The translations under genes and the position numbers were made by a program. The notes beneath the pieces are model-generated. The model was given only the letters and a program-made list of their open reading frames with translations. It was not told the origin of the DNA and ran no database searches. From NCBI GenBank assembly GCA_951406725.2, contig OX597818.1:100254001-100318000 (forward strand): a stretch of DNA of 64,000 nucleotides, given 5' to 3'. Position 1 is the stretch's first letter. Each line of letters starts with the position of its first letter. Below, piece by piece: positions 1 through 14,153 of the stretch. The stretch comes from Octopus vulgaris (lineage: Eukaryota).

Positions 1-1117
1 AACACACTAACAGACACATCACTAACATATAATTTTCAGTGAAAAGCATCGTAGCATAACTATTAAAAATATAAATGACAAAACAGCGATAGTTTACTTT
101 TGGACAGAACTGCTAGCTTAGATATAATGATAGCCAAATCTGTTCATAATCGCTGCTTAAGGGAATAACGACAACAAATAAATAAGAAAAACGAAGAAAA
201 TAATAAAAAAAAACGGTTAAAAAATACACTCCTGAATAACAATAAATAAAGATATATTCTAGGCGTTCATTTTATGAAAGCGGACACTGGTCGAATTGTT
301 ACAGCATTGGCCAACCATTAAACGGCGCAATATTTTCTAACATACACTTATCTCTCAATGACCTCTGACGCGTAGTTCTCTAGTGTATCTCACCGGTTTA
401 TTTAGAAATATTTTACTTCATACGTTCTATAAATATTTTTACTTTATTTTATACTTTATATACATGATAATATCTGACGGCTATGGATGGAGTAGGAGAT
501 AACCCAACGATGTATTTGATAATATCAAAATTTCAGTGTGTCTATGATGTGGGTGTCGGGCGTTAGAGTACCATTTATCAATATGACTGCGATGGGATAA
601 TTATTTATAAAACTCTAGTGTTGATCATAGCTATAAACATCTTATTTACAAATCTATCTTTCCTTTTTCTATAGCTAATAAAAATGACAACTGTTATATA
701 TTTACTGGCGAGACATGAGGAAATTTCACGGTTCATAGGTCATATTATTTTTGTTTTCCTATTATATTGCATAAATTTATAATACTCCATAATGTTCTTT
801 CATAAAGATAAATATCTCGATTATAGTCTTGATTTGATTCCATAATGAAAATTATTGAAAGCAGAACGTTCGAATATCTTTTATATATTAAAAATTTATA
901 TAATGATTTCAATTAACTTCATGGTAAATATTGTTGAACCCGCAAAACTCCAAAACGTCGTGAATGCATTATAAAAAGCGTATTTTCCGACATATAAGTC
1001 GACATAATATAATTTTGTAACCACGTAGTGCAAACATTCATATATCGTCACTATCTTTCTAAATATTCCTGCCTTTCACGTGGAATTTTTGTTTTTCAAA
1101 ATCATCTTGAAGTATAA

Positions 1118-1331
1118 ATCCTTTCTCCTCAAGGAACAAGACCTCAAATTTTGGAGAGGGAACTGGAGGATTATATCGATCACAGTGTTTCACCGATACT
1201 TAATTTATCGACCTCGAAAGGATGAAAGGAAAAGTCAACGTCGGTGGCATTTGAACTCAGAACGTAAAGACAGACGAAATGCTGCTAAGCATTTTGTCCC
1301 GAATCCTATCGATTCTGCCAGCTCGCCGCCT
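1118..1331 (-). mobile_element. tRNA-derived SINE, family A (most abundant family in window)
   Basis: Minus strand reads AGGCGGCGAGCTGGCAGAATCGATAG (A-box-like) ... GAGTTCAAATGCC (B-box-like), then the conserved body TTTCATCCTTTCGAGGTCGATAAATTAAGTA and the tail ...GGTCTTGTTCC. Homologous to many other copies in the window. Confidence 0.85.
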
Positions 1332-1940
1332 TTTCTTGGTGTATAAATCAACCTACGATTTTGGCAGTAAATTTTGGTCTGACAAATTCGAATGGTATGT
1401 CGTAAAAAAATGATTATCGGATAGACTAATATTATATTAAACAACAACATAACACCTCTGTAATAATCTTTATTCATCAGAAAAAAAATATTTCTTAACA
1501 ACGTCACATACTCTGAGACATTCAAACCATGTCAGTTTATTGCATCTAATATACTCCGAATTTCCATCAGTAACATGTATATGTGTATTAGAATCTTGAG
1601 ATGAAAATTCATGTTCGGAATTGAAAGAAATTCTGCAAAATGCTTCAAAGATGCATCAGCCATGTTTATTTACTAACGGTTCACATAGTGAGAATAGCAA
1701 GATGTATGTTTCTAATGATTAAATTGTGTGGGGACTTAGAGTTTAGCAGCAAATGTTGCTGTCTTTTGAGGATTGAAAAACCAAAACGTAGAGCAAGATG
1801 ACTTCTATACGAACACGCACACACACACGGATACACAAGGTTCATTCATACACATAGACAACTATACATATACGTCTTGCTCTCTTTCCCTCTATCACTT
1901 GCTTACTTCTGAAGATATATATATATATATATATATATAC

Positions 1941-2141
1941 GTTTTTTAAAAATCATCTTGAAGTATAAATCCTTTCTCCTCAAGGAACAAGGCCTCAAAT
2001 TTTGGGGAGGAAACTGGTCGATTATATATCACAGTATTTCACCGATATTTAATTTATCGACCTCGAAAGGATGAAAGGAAAAGTCAACGTCGGTGGCATT
2101 TGAACTCAGAACGTAAAGACAGACGAAATGCTGCTAAGCAT
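1941..2141 (-). repeat. Local duplicate of 1091-1292 (family A SINE portion plus its unique flank)
   Basis: Shares the non-SINE flank AATCATCTTGAAGTATAAATCCTTTCTCCTCAAGGAACAAG and private variants (GGAAAAGTCAACGTCGGTGGCATTTG) with the 1.1 kb copy. Confidence 0.85.
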
Positions 2142-2150
2142 GAAAGGCAG

Positions 2151-2181
<31 letters not shown>

Positions 2182-2565
2182 CGTCTTGCTCTCTTTCCCT
2201 CTATCACTTGCTTACTTCTGAAGATATAGATATATATATATATATATGTGTGTGTGTCTGTGTGTGTGTGTGTGTGTCTTAGTGTGTGTGTGCATGCGTG
2301 TGTGTGTTACTTTGTTGTTGGTTTCAGTCTATTCAAGCCAAAGGCTATGACCACACCGGTTCTAAACATTTCATTAACCATCTCCCGGTGTTTGACATTT
2401 GTAGTCTTCTGAAAATTGGTGAGTGCAACACAAACTAATGGTAAATGAAGTCTTCAAATTACAATACAGAGTATCAGTATTGAGTGCTCTGTTTCGTTAT
2501 TGACCATGCAATTCATTTATACCAAACTATACTCTCACATACAGTAACACATAGGTCTATATATA

Positions 2566-3623
2566 CTAGCTGGCCCCCGTCCTTCGAAAATAAAGGCTAA
2601 TTGTAGTACTTTATATATAAATGTGGATGATAAATCAAATTAATGCACTTGTCAATTCACATACTTCCCTTATACACACACGCATATACACACATATACT
2701 CACACAGAGTTGAAACGCTGTTTGATTTTTCTTTTCAGCATTGAATTTTCACAATCCCACCTGTTTGCCTTCACCCCTTCCTTCCTCATTCATATGTTGT
2801 GACAGAGAAAAGCACAAGAGTATTAGGATCTTTTCTAAAAGATGGACACGATTACCTGTGTGTGTGTTTTTGTTGTGTATGTTTGTGTGTGTATGGTATT
2901 GTTGTGTATGTGTGTGTGTGTTTGTTGTGTGTGTGTGTGTGTTATTGTTGTGTATGTGTGTGCGTGTGTGTGTTTTTGTTGTGTATGTGTGTGTGTGTCT
3001 TTTTGTTGTGTATGTGTGTGTGTGTCGTGTATCTCTTAAATCGATGAATTTCGTCGCCCAATAAAAATATTAACGATATTTTTTGAACTTTGATATCTTT
3101 AATATTTTTATTGGGCGACGAAATTCATCGATTTAAGAAATACACAACACACGCATACATACACAACAAAAACACACACACACATACACAACAAAAGGAC
3201 ACACACATACACAACAAAAATACACACACACATACACAACAATAACACACACACACACAACAAACACACACACGCACACACATACAGAACAATACCACAC
3301 ACACACACAGGTAATCGTTCCGTAAGTCAGGGATGACATTGAAATAAACATGCAAGAAGCCTTTGAAGACAGAAAACAGAAGACAGTGATAAGGATGAAT
3401 AACACGGCAGAAATGAATTGAGCTCAAAACAGAGAATACGATTGGTTAAAATTCGAAGAATTAAACTACATAAAAGGTACAAAATACATTTTTCTCAAAA
3501 AAACTAATTGAAATTAATGTTTTCTTTTGCCACATTCTACCAGTATACGAAGTTTCAAATTATTTAGTTAAGTAGAAAATTTTGTCTATCTTTTAGAAAA
3601 GATCCGAGTATTATTATAGTAGA
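2566..3623 (-). mobile_element. Non-autonomous Helitron-like element containing a large internal palindrome
   Basis: Minus strand starts a|TCTACTATAATAATAC (3623) and ends GAAGGACGGGGGCCAGCTAG|t (2566): 5'-TC, 3'-CTAG, A|T insertion site, no TSD. The subterminal hairpin is degenerate. Confidence 0.6.
2848..3318. repeat. ~470 bp inverted repeat (fold-back) with minisatellite arms
   Basis: Outer ends ACGATTACCTGTGTG / CACACAGGTAATCGT. Perfect 40-bp inner arms at 3034-3073 and 3099-3138. Arms are built of TTGTTGTGTATGTGTG-like units and their reverse complement. The ORF track gives the same peptide end LKSMNFVAQ on both strands. Confidence 0.92.
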
Positions 3624-5163
3624 TGAAGGCACACACACATGCAAGCATACACTCACAAACATACGCACACAAGCGAACACATTGAAACATACACACACTT
3701 ATAAACATACACACACACAAATACAACTATATACACACATAGAAACAAATAAACACGCACAAACATATACACACAAAAACACAAGCATACACACAGAGAC
3801 ACATGCAAACATACACACAAACATACACACACATACACAAACACATACCGACATACACAAGCGCACAAAGACACACACACAAGCACACAAATACCAACAT
3901 AGACACAGAGACACTGAAAAAAATATTCATACACACACGCACACACACACACACACACACACTCACACATATCTCGGTTTGATGATTCAGCATATTTCTG
4001 ATAAAACGTCCTTGTATAGATTTCAATGTATATTTAATCATCATTACTCTACACAACGCCCAAGCTGCAGCATCATGAGAATCCTAACATCAGAGTCATC
4101 AATATCCCTTCTCCTGTCTCTTAAGTAAAACGAAACGACCGAAATACAAATAATTTATTAGGAGTCTCATGAACATTATTGTATTTAATATCAGTCTGAG
4201 TGTTATAATACCGACATTCATATTAGCCTCTTCCTCCCACCCACCTTTTCCTCTTTAACATCACTACCGCAAATGCCACCACCACCGCCGCTATCACCAC
4301 CACGACCACGGCCACGAGCATCATCATTATCATTATTATCATCATGAAGCCGCCTGCTTCTTTCACTATCAGCATCCAGATTGCAACCGTCTCGGTTTTC
4401 ATCGTCATTAACATCACGATCGTCTTTTTGACTTCCTCCTCCTCCTCGTTTGCAATCATCGGCAGCGTCTTAATCACCATCAGCCTAGTGAGCCCCGTTC
4501 CTCCCAGCACACACACACACACACACACAGATACTCCACACTACACCACACTGCTGCACCCTCAACGTTTTACACTACCTCCACATTCACCTACTCAAAT
4601 ACCATCAACATCAGCCCATCACCACCACCACCACCACAACCACAGATATCACCTCCACTACCACAGATACCACCTCCACTATCACCGCCACCGGTATAAC
4701 CACTACCAACGAATTGAACTTTCAAAAACACCAGTAGTTGGCAGTCAACTGTTTCCTGCTAGCTGTCAAGAACACACATATTTCTCGGTTTCTTCAATGC
4801 AGCCTAATGGATCCATACTAAAGCACGAAATGACATATATACCAACACACAAAAGGCAACAGGCTTTCATACACCATACAGTTTATAACATCAACTCTTG
4901 TACTACTCAAACATGCACATACACACGTAGAAATATACATACATGCATATATACACACATGCATACAAATACATATATACATGCAGGCATTAATATGTGT
5001 GGGTATGTGTGTGTGTGTGTGTGTGTATAAAGTAAGCTTTTAGTGAGAAATGAATTAAAACATGCGTTATGCACTCAAACGCGCCATGTATTACAACGTG
5101 TTTTCATTCATTCGTCATAAATATAATGAAGTGTGATGCACAGGTGCACAGATATTTGCAGTG

Positions 5164-5571
<408 letters not shown>

Positions 5572-5772
5572 ATATGCATAATAAAATATTAAGGACACAG
5601 AGTATATCCAAGGAGGCGTCGATGCTTCCTAGGCTATACAGCGGTGGTGTAACTGTCAAATTGACAGTATACAACCATTCTATATATATAGTATAATAAT
5701 ATATTAGGGAGTTTCCAAACTTACAGTAAAAATAATTTATGATTAAATCAAATTTCATATATAAATATAATT

Positions 5773-5834
<62 letters not shown>

Positions 5835-5847
5835 TATATATATATCT

Positions 5848-6163
5848 GAAAGCACGTGGCTTAGCGGTTAGGGTATTCGGTTCACGATCGTAAGGGCTTG
5901 GGTTCGGTTCTCGGCAACGCGTTATGTCCTTGAGCAAAGCACTTTATTTCGCGTTGCTCCAAGCCACTCACCTAGCAAAACTGAGTAGTAACTTTATTTT
6001 AAAGGGCCAAACTTGTTACATTCTGTGTCGTGGTGACTCTTCCTGAGAACTACATTAAAATATAGACGTGTGTGGAGTGTTCAGTTTAATTTCACGTACA
6101 AACTGTTTCATTGATCGGATTTACTGTACTGGAACGCACGTCGTTGTAACCGACGGAGCGCTA
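5848..6163 (+). mobile_element. tRNA-derived SINE with CORE-like domain (family C)
   Basis: A-box GTGGCTTAGCGGTTAGG, B-box-like GGTTCGGTTCTC, CORE-like TGTCCTTGAGCAAAGCACTTTATTT, tail ending GTCGTTGTAACCGACGGAGCGC shared with the SINE at 52710. Confidence 0.8.
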
Positions 6164-6234
6164 GTTATTTACGGTTTTGCGTGCATGTACATACACCTCC
6201 ACATATATATACATACATACATATATATATACCT

Positions 6235-6271
<37 letters not shown>

Positions 6272-7437
6272 CATATATACCTACATATATATATATATTA
6301 CATTGCATGTTACTGCACAGGAACTATTGACCAGGAATCGTGAATGAATCTGATTTGACCAGGTTGTTTCTTACTGCACAAAATGGTTCTGGCATTCCAA
6401 TATGAAGAAGGCAGCTGTAGGAAGAGGGAAAAACGCACATTCCAGGTTTACTTCCTCGAAATATGTTATTAGTAAGCCTGAATATTTGAATGCACGCAAG
6501 CAGCAAGAATAAGAGCGAGAGAGAGAGAGAGACCGAGAGAGAGCAGAAAATTGCAAACAAAATGGAGTAGTTTTCTTAATGAAAGTCCGTGTTCCATACT
6601 TCAAAATCTCTGGGTTTCCATGCGAATGGAAACAAAGATGGTGCGTTTTGTTTGTCCCTTGACTTGAATTGATAGGAATCTTTTCGGATCTGTTTTTCGT
6701 AGAATTCGTGGTGATACCTGTATATCATCTTTCCTACTATATGGATGTGTTATATATAATATTAGTCATAACTAGCTTCACTAAAAAATTTGGGAGATTT
6801 CTGAAATTTTAATTTATTTGTTCGCGAGATATCTAGGTAAGTGTTTCCAGTTAAGTTGTCTGATGTGCGAATGATGTTATCCAGACTGGAATGCCTGACC
6901 TTTATATTGAGGCATTTAATAGCTTGTTATATTGTTGTACAGGGGAAAGATTTCGGTGTTACTAAAACCAGAAAGTACTGATAATTGCAGTCATAATGAT
7001 GTGCGTATTGAATTCTGATAAATTTCTCTTCTTTCATCTGCTGTGATAAGGTAACGAGTTTTTATCTTACGTCCTGCATTCTCGATAAATTCTCTTCTAC
7101 TGATTACGAATATATAATCGTGTCTCTGTCTGAAGAGAAATTAAACATCACTCATATTTATGAAGAGACAGCTATAATGCGATATTTTCCGGACAACTAC
7201 GTTATAGAGTTTGTGGGCACATGGAAGTTGTCCAAGAAAAATTGTCTGCGATGATGATAACTAAATTTTCATTATCTACGATTAGATAGCGTCATTGACT
7301 AACTTAATGACTGTAGCATATGAAACTAGGCTTTGCCTTAATTTCCGTGTTCATGCAGCAAGTCTTTCATTTGTTTGAGGCAATAAATAAACGTTCACAC
7401 CCACAGACAAGCACACATACATACATGGATATACATA

Positions 7438-7477
<40 letters not shown>

Positions 7478-7582
7478 GAGAGAGAGAGAGAGAGAGAGTA
7501 ATTAGAAAATGGAGGGGATCAATAGGTGGCTCATCAACTTTTAGACATTATATTATGTTCACGACCTCTAACATTTTTGCAG

Positions 7583-7633
<51 letters not shown>

Positions 7634-9485
7634 TATACACACATACATATGTGTGTGGGTGTGAGTGTATTTTCATACACACAAACACACACACACGAAT
7701 CCTGTAACTTCTCAGAGTATGTCAGGAGTTGATATAATACTGATGAGTTTAATGCAGACTGATTTAATACAGATGTATGATTCCAAATGCATTGAGAGGC
7801 CAGTGTTAGAAGCAGAAACCGTGCCCGCTTTACATCATTAATTATTGTACATACAATTTCGTATGCCAAAACACCACAAAACACCAGCTAATTCGAGCTC
7901 GCAACTTAATATTTAAACCCTGCTAGATAACATGAGGTATTATGTTTGCTAACTAAAGTAAGTTCTCTGTAATATGATAGAGTTTTACACAGTGAAGAAT
8001 CATTGGCCAATGCTATGCAAATCATAAAGAAAAACAAAATCAAAAAAGGGTTGTCATGGGTGGAACGCTTTTGATGATATGGCTACTGAAGTATAACTAA
8101 CATTGATATAAACAAAAACGGCAAAAACAGCCACTCAGTCGCCTAGCATGTATTTATTTGACGCCATACATTTCTATACATAATGTATCTGAGGCCAAAA
8201 ATATGTTCGTGTGTATATATGCGCGTGAGCGCGTTTGATTTTCTTTATATATATTTGTGTGTGTACGTGTGTATGTGTGTTTGTGGGCGTGTGTTTGTTG
8301 TAGCCTACGCTTAAATAGGTGTTTGCGTTCTTTTGATTGTGTGCAAAGTATAGGTATGGATCAACGCGCCTTTTCATATAATAGAAAACACCTACAGAGT
8401 TCCATTATTTTCTCCTTTCACATTTCCTTTCATATAAACACGCTAATATTAGCACGTACTCATATGTAGATGCCTGCATACATTCACCGATACATGTATA
8501 CATGCAAAAATGCACACACGTATGCATGCATACATAACAATTACACGCTGATGTATGCAAACGTACAAGTACACAGACATGCAAGCTGCACTACAAAAGA
8601 TAGATTAAACGATAGATGCGGCAGTATTTCTCTACAATATATTTATAAATTATACACCATATAAAAGGTTATAGAGCAAGTTGATCATAGCCGTTGTGGC
8701 TCTGCACGAACGGAAGCAGTAGCGTCGATGGACGTTAGAATTATTTACAATGAATTCTATCGTGGCAGGAGTGTGGCGAGAAATTTTATATGTAAATTCA
8801 ACTGCTTTGGGAACTCTTTGTTTTTATGGGAATGTCTCGGATATCTCATTGGGAATTGGGAATTAATATTTTTATTTTTACATTGTATTATATTACACAT
8901 CATATGATCGTTATCTGCATGCTATTAATTTAGATTTTATCTCAGCAACTTCATAAAGTTTATTTGTGGAAATACGAAAGCTTGCAAAATATTTTATCAT
9001 TTATGTTTACATCATGGCAATTCCTGGCCTTCTGTTTAGTTTTCCAGCCATAAAGGAATAGGTCAACGCTCTACCAGAATGTTATATTTTGGATATCAGA
9101 TTATTCTACGTTTTGTTGCCAAAATTTCCATAATATTCGCTCCTTTATCGATGCGTCAACACTTATAGAATTTGTCGTCATCAGCTAAATATTTTTACAT
9201 CAAAGATTTGTCAAGATTTTTATAGCTTTCCCTCCACTTATATATGTATTTTTATTATTAGTTACAATTGTGGCTAACATTAAAGATTTGTTAAATATAT
9301 TGTAATTTTTCTTAATTAAATGTTACTTTCCGTAAGACTCACACACTGCTTTTCCATTGATGTATCGGGAATTGTCGACAACAGCAGACTTCCAATTCCC
9401 CTCAAAGTTCCAGTTGGAGAGTGGATAGCAAGGAGTCCGTATTGATTGCTGCTTTGCTAATACACTGACTTTCTAACCTTTCAGG

Positions 9486-9488
<3 letters not shown>

Positions 9489-9564
<76 letters not shown>
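9489..9564. repeat. (TG)n microsatellite
   Basis: Uninterrupted TG run. Confidence 0.95.
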
Positions 9565-9566
<2 letters not shown>

Positions 9567-10638
9567 GTGCGTGCGTGAGTGTGTGTACATAGAGTCTGTT
9601 TGTATGTTAGAGAGAAAGAGAGAGAGAGAGGGGAGAGAGATAGACATAGATGCAGAGATAAATATAGACATATAATACACTCACGTACACGCACATACAT
9701 ATATTTAAGAAGAAATATTAGAAAAATTTATTGATGCAGTGAAATCATTTGAGAGCAAAAGTAGATTTTCTTAAATTCAAATTATTATTTAATTTAAAAA
9801 GAAAAACAACTTTAGTAATAAAATTCGTACATATCGCTATCAAGCCATATTCATATGTAAAATATATCTGTGAAAGGAAAATATTTTTGTGAGCGTTTAA
9901 TTGCAGTTTTTAGCGTTCCAAATACATATTATAAGGTTATTTAGAAATAATTATTTTTAGTACCAGATTGTCACTATTTCATGTTTCATTTCGGATTTAG
10001 AACTTTGGTAAAGAATTCGTCCTTTGCTCTTCGTGACTGATGACTCTCTTTCTTCCTTATTCGTGTCTCTCATATGCTTGGATCTGTAACTACCGTTACA
10101 TATTTTGCCATATTAAATGCGATATTTCATTTAGTACTGGGCTATTGACACGACCTAAAAATCTAGTTTAAATGTGTCACTCTGCTTTTCTAGTACAGTT
10201 CGGTTGCAATGTGGCGCCAAGCAAACAAAATTTTCCTGATAGTTACTTCGAGTGTACCAAGTCGTCACTCTAATAAAATATACAATTAGCTGAGAAACTA
10301 ACTTTGTTAATCAGACAACTGGGGCCCTAAACATGTTGATAAAGAGCAGACCATCAAATAAATGGTTGATATACGTAATTCTTGTATTGTCACTGAGCTA
10401 CATCAAGCAGAATGTTAATTCAATAATAAAATACTGACTCCATTAAAGCCCAAAGAAGATATAAAATTATTTCATAAAACGATACTGGACTATACGAGGA
10501 TTTCTTTAGTTTATGATGCTTTGTAAAATATTTCCTAGAAATACACTAAAAATACACCTCTTATCAATGTTGCATTGATATCAAAAGATATCAACATTAC
10601 CGTGGTGTGAATTTTGTAACCAAGCGAAGTGACACTTA

Positions 10639-10860
10639 TCTATAATATAAAATCGTTCTGACTGTCTGTGTGTGTGTCTTCTAGGATCTCGGTCATTCTC
10701 CATCCGATTGCGTTCAAATTTGATATGTAGATACCGACGGTATCAGGGCGTGAATAAGTCTTGAACAAAATTACAAAAAGTGATTTCAGGTGAGAATACG
10801 ATCGATAAAGCCGTGGGAATGTGCATTTGTACGCGCAAGTACATCAGCTGTTGCGATATA
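10639..10860 (+). mobile_element. Probable Helitron 5' portion (3' end not resolved)
   Basis: a|TCTATAATATAAAATCGTTCTGACTGTCTGTGTGTGTGTC start resembles the 5' ends of the Helitrons at 15311 and 58359. Right boundary is approximate. Confidence 0.45.
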
Positions 10861-12409
10861 CTTACTGGTACTTTAAACTCTTAGGTTGCACATTTGTGTG
10901 AATAAAATCGTTTTTCTTTGGAATAAAAAAAATGTCCATCTTTATTTCTTCTTTTGCTGGTGTCTCATGTTGCTCGTATTCAACTAAATTGCTGATGCAT
11001 TCGCACAAAGGAAACAAAAGCACCGCGTCAAATTTCTCAAAAGTTGAGCGAAAGAAGATTCATATTTATCTGAATTACAACAAAATACTTTTGTCAATTA
11101 TAAATTTATGTACGTGCACAGAGTATCAAGGAAGCACATGTAATTTGTCCACCCCATCGGTTTTCAACCATTCAAGCTTCTGCTACAGTTTTGAGACTAG
11201 TCTGTTGTGGTTTGTGTAAGAAAGTGTAACAGAGAAGTATGGTTGCATCTGAACAAGCGAGCGCTTTTTAAATACCCATTTGTAGTGGATAATTATGTTG
11301 TATTGTAATTTCTCGATGTGACATCCAGAGCTTCTAAATAAATATATTTAGTAGATTTTAGAGAAGTTAGACTACTTCTGTGTCTGCTGCAAAAGGGTTA
11401 TGGCAACTATATATTATTGATATTTAATACAATGAATATTTTTAAACATGATACTCTGTAAATCACTGCTTTCAAGAGGAATTAACTTCTAAGCGACCAA
11501 GATAATTCTATCATGACCTCGTAAATTTACAATTAAGAGCAACTGCAATTCGCTACACTAGTAATTCTAGTAATTCACCACTAATAAAAGTAACAAAAGA
11601 ATAGTGTCAAAAGCACGTATAATCTACAAAAATGTAGATTATAAATCATAGAAGCAATAAGAATAGCTAAAAGCTCAATGTTGAAGTATATACAGAAATA
11701 ACATGCATCAGTCACAAATTAAGATAAACTGCTCATCGGCGATGTATAAATGTAGGGGTGAAAACTTGAATTCACGCTGTAATATTCGTATCGGTTAGAT
11801 TTAGTCTGCTAAATCCAACGAAGGAGAAACGCACAACATCACCTGCATCATGAAGATATAACAACAAAGTTTCAAAAACGATGATAAATAGGTTTGGATA
11901 TTTGAAACTGCAAACTACAAGGAACTCATGAGTGATTTTTGAAAAAAGAAAACTCAATAAGTATGACCAGAAATGTTAAGACTTGTTCACAGGATTGCTT
12001 ACAGCACAGCTCCAGCTATTTTACATACAGGTGTGTATATTCGTGTATGTATGTATATATATATATATATATACGTATAAAATGTGTATATAAATGTCCT
12101 TTCACCGAGCGTCAAGCTAATTTCCTTCTTGTGCACATCCTCACGTTCGTTATTTTTCTGTTTTCATTTTTTATTCGTTTACTTGAATTGGCAACACAGG
12201 CACATTCACACACAAATTTACATATATGCTCGTGTATGTATGTGTATATTACTTCGCCTTAGAATAGGCTATGAACTCTTTGATGAAATTCGATCAATGC
12301 CAGCGTGACGTACGGCGTCTTCGGGTAGTATTTAGACTTGCTGGAGCGTAACTCTTCCGGTTTGATCACAAACGATTTCTTCTAGAAAAACCAGAACACC
12401 TAACTGGCG

Positions 12410-12575
12410 GAACAGTTAGTCGACATCAGTATGGAATTCGTACATTATTTGACGACCCTGGGAGGATGTAATGTAAATTTAATATCTGCTGAATCTGAAA
12501 TCAGAGAATCGAGAGCCGAGACAACTGGCACGGAGAGCTATATCCAACGCTTAAATGACTCTGCAATTTGGCCAT
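12410..12575 (-). mobile_element. Highly degenerate family A SINE
   Basis: GTCGACATCAGTATGGAATTCGTACATTATTTGACGACCCTGGGAGGATG ... GAATCTGAAATCAGA aligns loosely with the family A body. Confidence 0.55.
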
Positions 12576-12645
12576 CTCATATACAGGTATAGATATATAC
12601 TTAATTCAATACTGAAGGAGACCAATTCCCAAGACCACTAGATTC

Positions 12646-12836
<191 letters not shown>

Positions 12837-12947
12837 TGTGTGTGTATATATATATGCATATATAATTGAAAAAATTGGAGTCAACAAAAAGAGGTTTGGT
12901 TGGAAATTTGCATTCTACTACGTTCTTAACAGAATATACCATAACTA

Positions 12948-13012
<65 letters not shown>

Positions 13013-13199
13013 TGCATGGTGGATGTGTTAGATATATGTTAGAGATAGAAGAGAGGCTGTCATATGAAGCGTTACTCAGTATTATCAGCTCACAGTTACA
13101 CTATATAAATGATGAGAGAGAGAAAGAGACAGAATGGAAATTGACAGACAGTGAAATGGACTGGAAGAGTGGCAGAGATAGTCGAATTAGATATGGTAC

Positions 13200-13400
13200 A
13201 TTGTGATAATCTGCAAGTATTGATATAAGAATTTGGGCGAATTTTGTTGGGATATATTGTTCATTGAACAAGATGAATGGCCGATTAAATAGTAGAGGAG
13301 AGGAACTAATATTTTATTGATACTCTTGTAAGTTGGGCAACCTTGGATTGGAGAATTTGGTAGATATCTGACGTGAATATTGTTGTAAAAGCTGTTTGTC
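13200..13400 (-). pseudogene. Possible decayed Penelope-like reverse transcriptase fragment
   Basis: ORF 13187..13465(-) contains SPIQGCPTYKSINKILVPLLYYLIGHSSCSMNN, resembling the PLE RT segment GSPTYxLAKxLxxILxPLxGxS. Recognised by eye only. Confidence 0.3.
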
Positions 13401-13735
13401 ACCATATTTCTGATGAAATGCATAGCTTTTGTTTCAATTAACTTTAAAATAATGAAGAATTTCATAAAATGGCATGACCATTATTCAACTGGTTTTCCGA
13501 ACATAAAATTAACACGAAATTTTCATGGCAGGCTTTAATTAAGATCATTTTAATACAAGATTCTTATAAGATAGCGATTTGGTATCAGAAGGATTAAACT
13601 AGATTATTTGTTGGTGAAAATTTTAATCAAAGAATTTCAGATGTAGCTATAATATCTGTTTTGTCTCACAATATATTCATGCACGCATTAAAAAAAGAAA
13701 ATCCAATATAGTTTGAAGGACATTTAACTGCTTCT

Positions 13736-14153
13736 TATTTCTTTACTGCGCACAAGGGGCTAAACACAGAAGGGACAAACAAGGACAGACAAACGGATTA
13801 AGTCAATTATATCGACCCCAGTGCTTAACTGGTACTTAAGTTATCGACCCCGAAAGGATGAAAGGCAAAGTCGACCTCGGCGAAATTTGAACTCAGAACG
13901 TAGCGGCAGACGAAATACCTATTTCTTTACTACCCTCAAGAGGCTCAACACAGAGGGGACAAACAAGGACAGACAAACGGATTAAGTCGATTATATCGAC
14001 CCCAGTGCTAAACTGGTACTTAATTTATCGACCTCGAGAGGATGAAAGGCAAAGTCGACCACGGCGGAATTTGAACTCAGAATGTAAAGACAGATGAATT
14101 ACCGCTAATCAATTCATCCGGCGTGTTAACGTTTCTGCTAGCTCGCCGCCTTT
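13736..14153 (-). mobile_element. Dimeric family A SINE (full unit plus 5'-truncated unit) with 20-bp TSD
   Basis: Two tandem units, 13736-13920 and 13921-14153. AAGGACATTTAACTGCTTCT occurs at 13716-13735 and 14154-14173. Confidence 0.92.

Noticed and set aside
1080-1346. ORFs containing YRPRKDE...NSERKDRRN (also at 2100 and 49333)
   Set aside because: Antisense translation of family A SINEs, not a protein family.
4344-5030. 228-aa His/Thr-rich ORF
   Set aside because: Built from (CAC)/(CAT)/(CA) low-complexity repeats, with no recognisable domain.
7740-7765. CTGATGA-GTTT...AGAC as a hammerhead core
   Set aside because: No GAAA after the putative stem II and no stem I or III.
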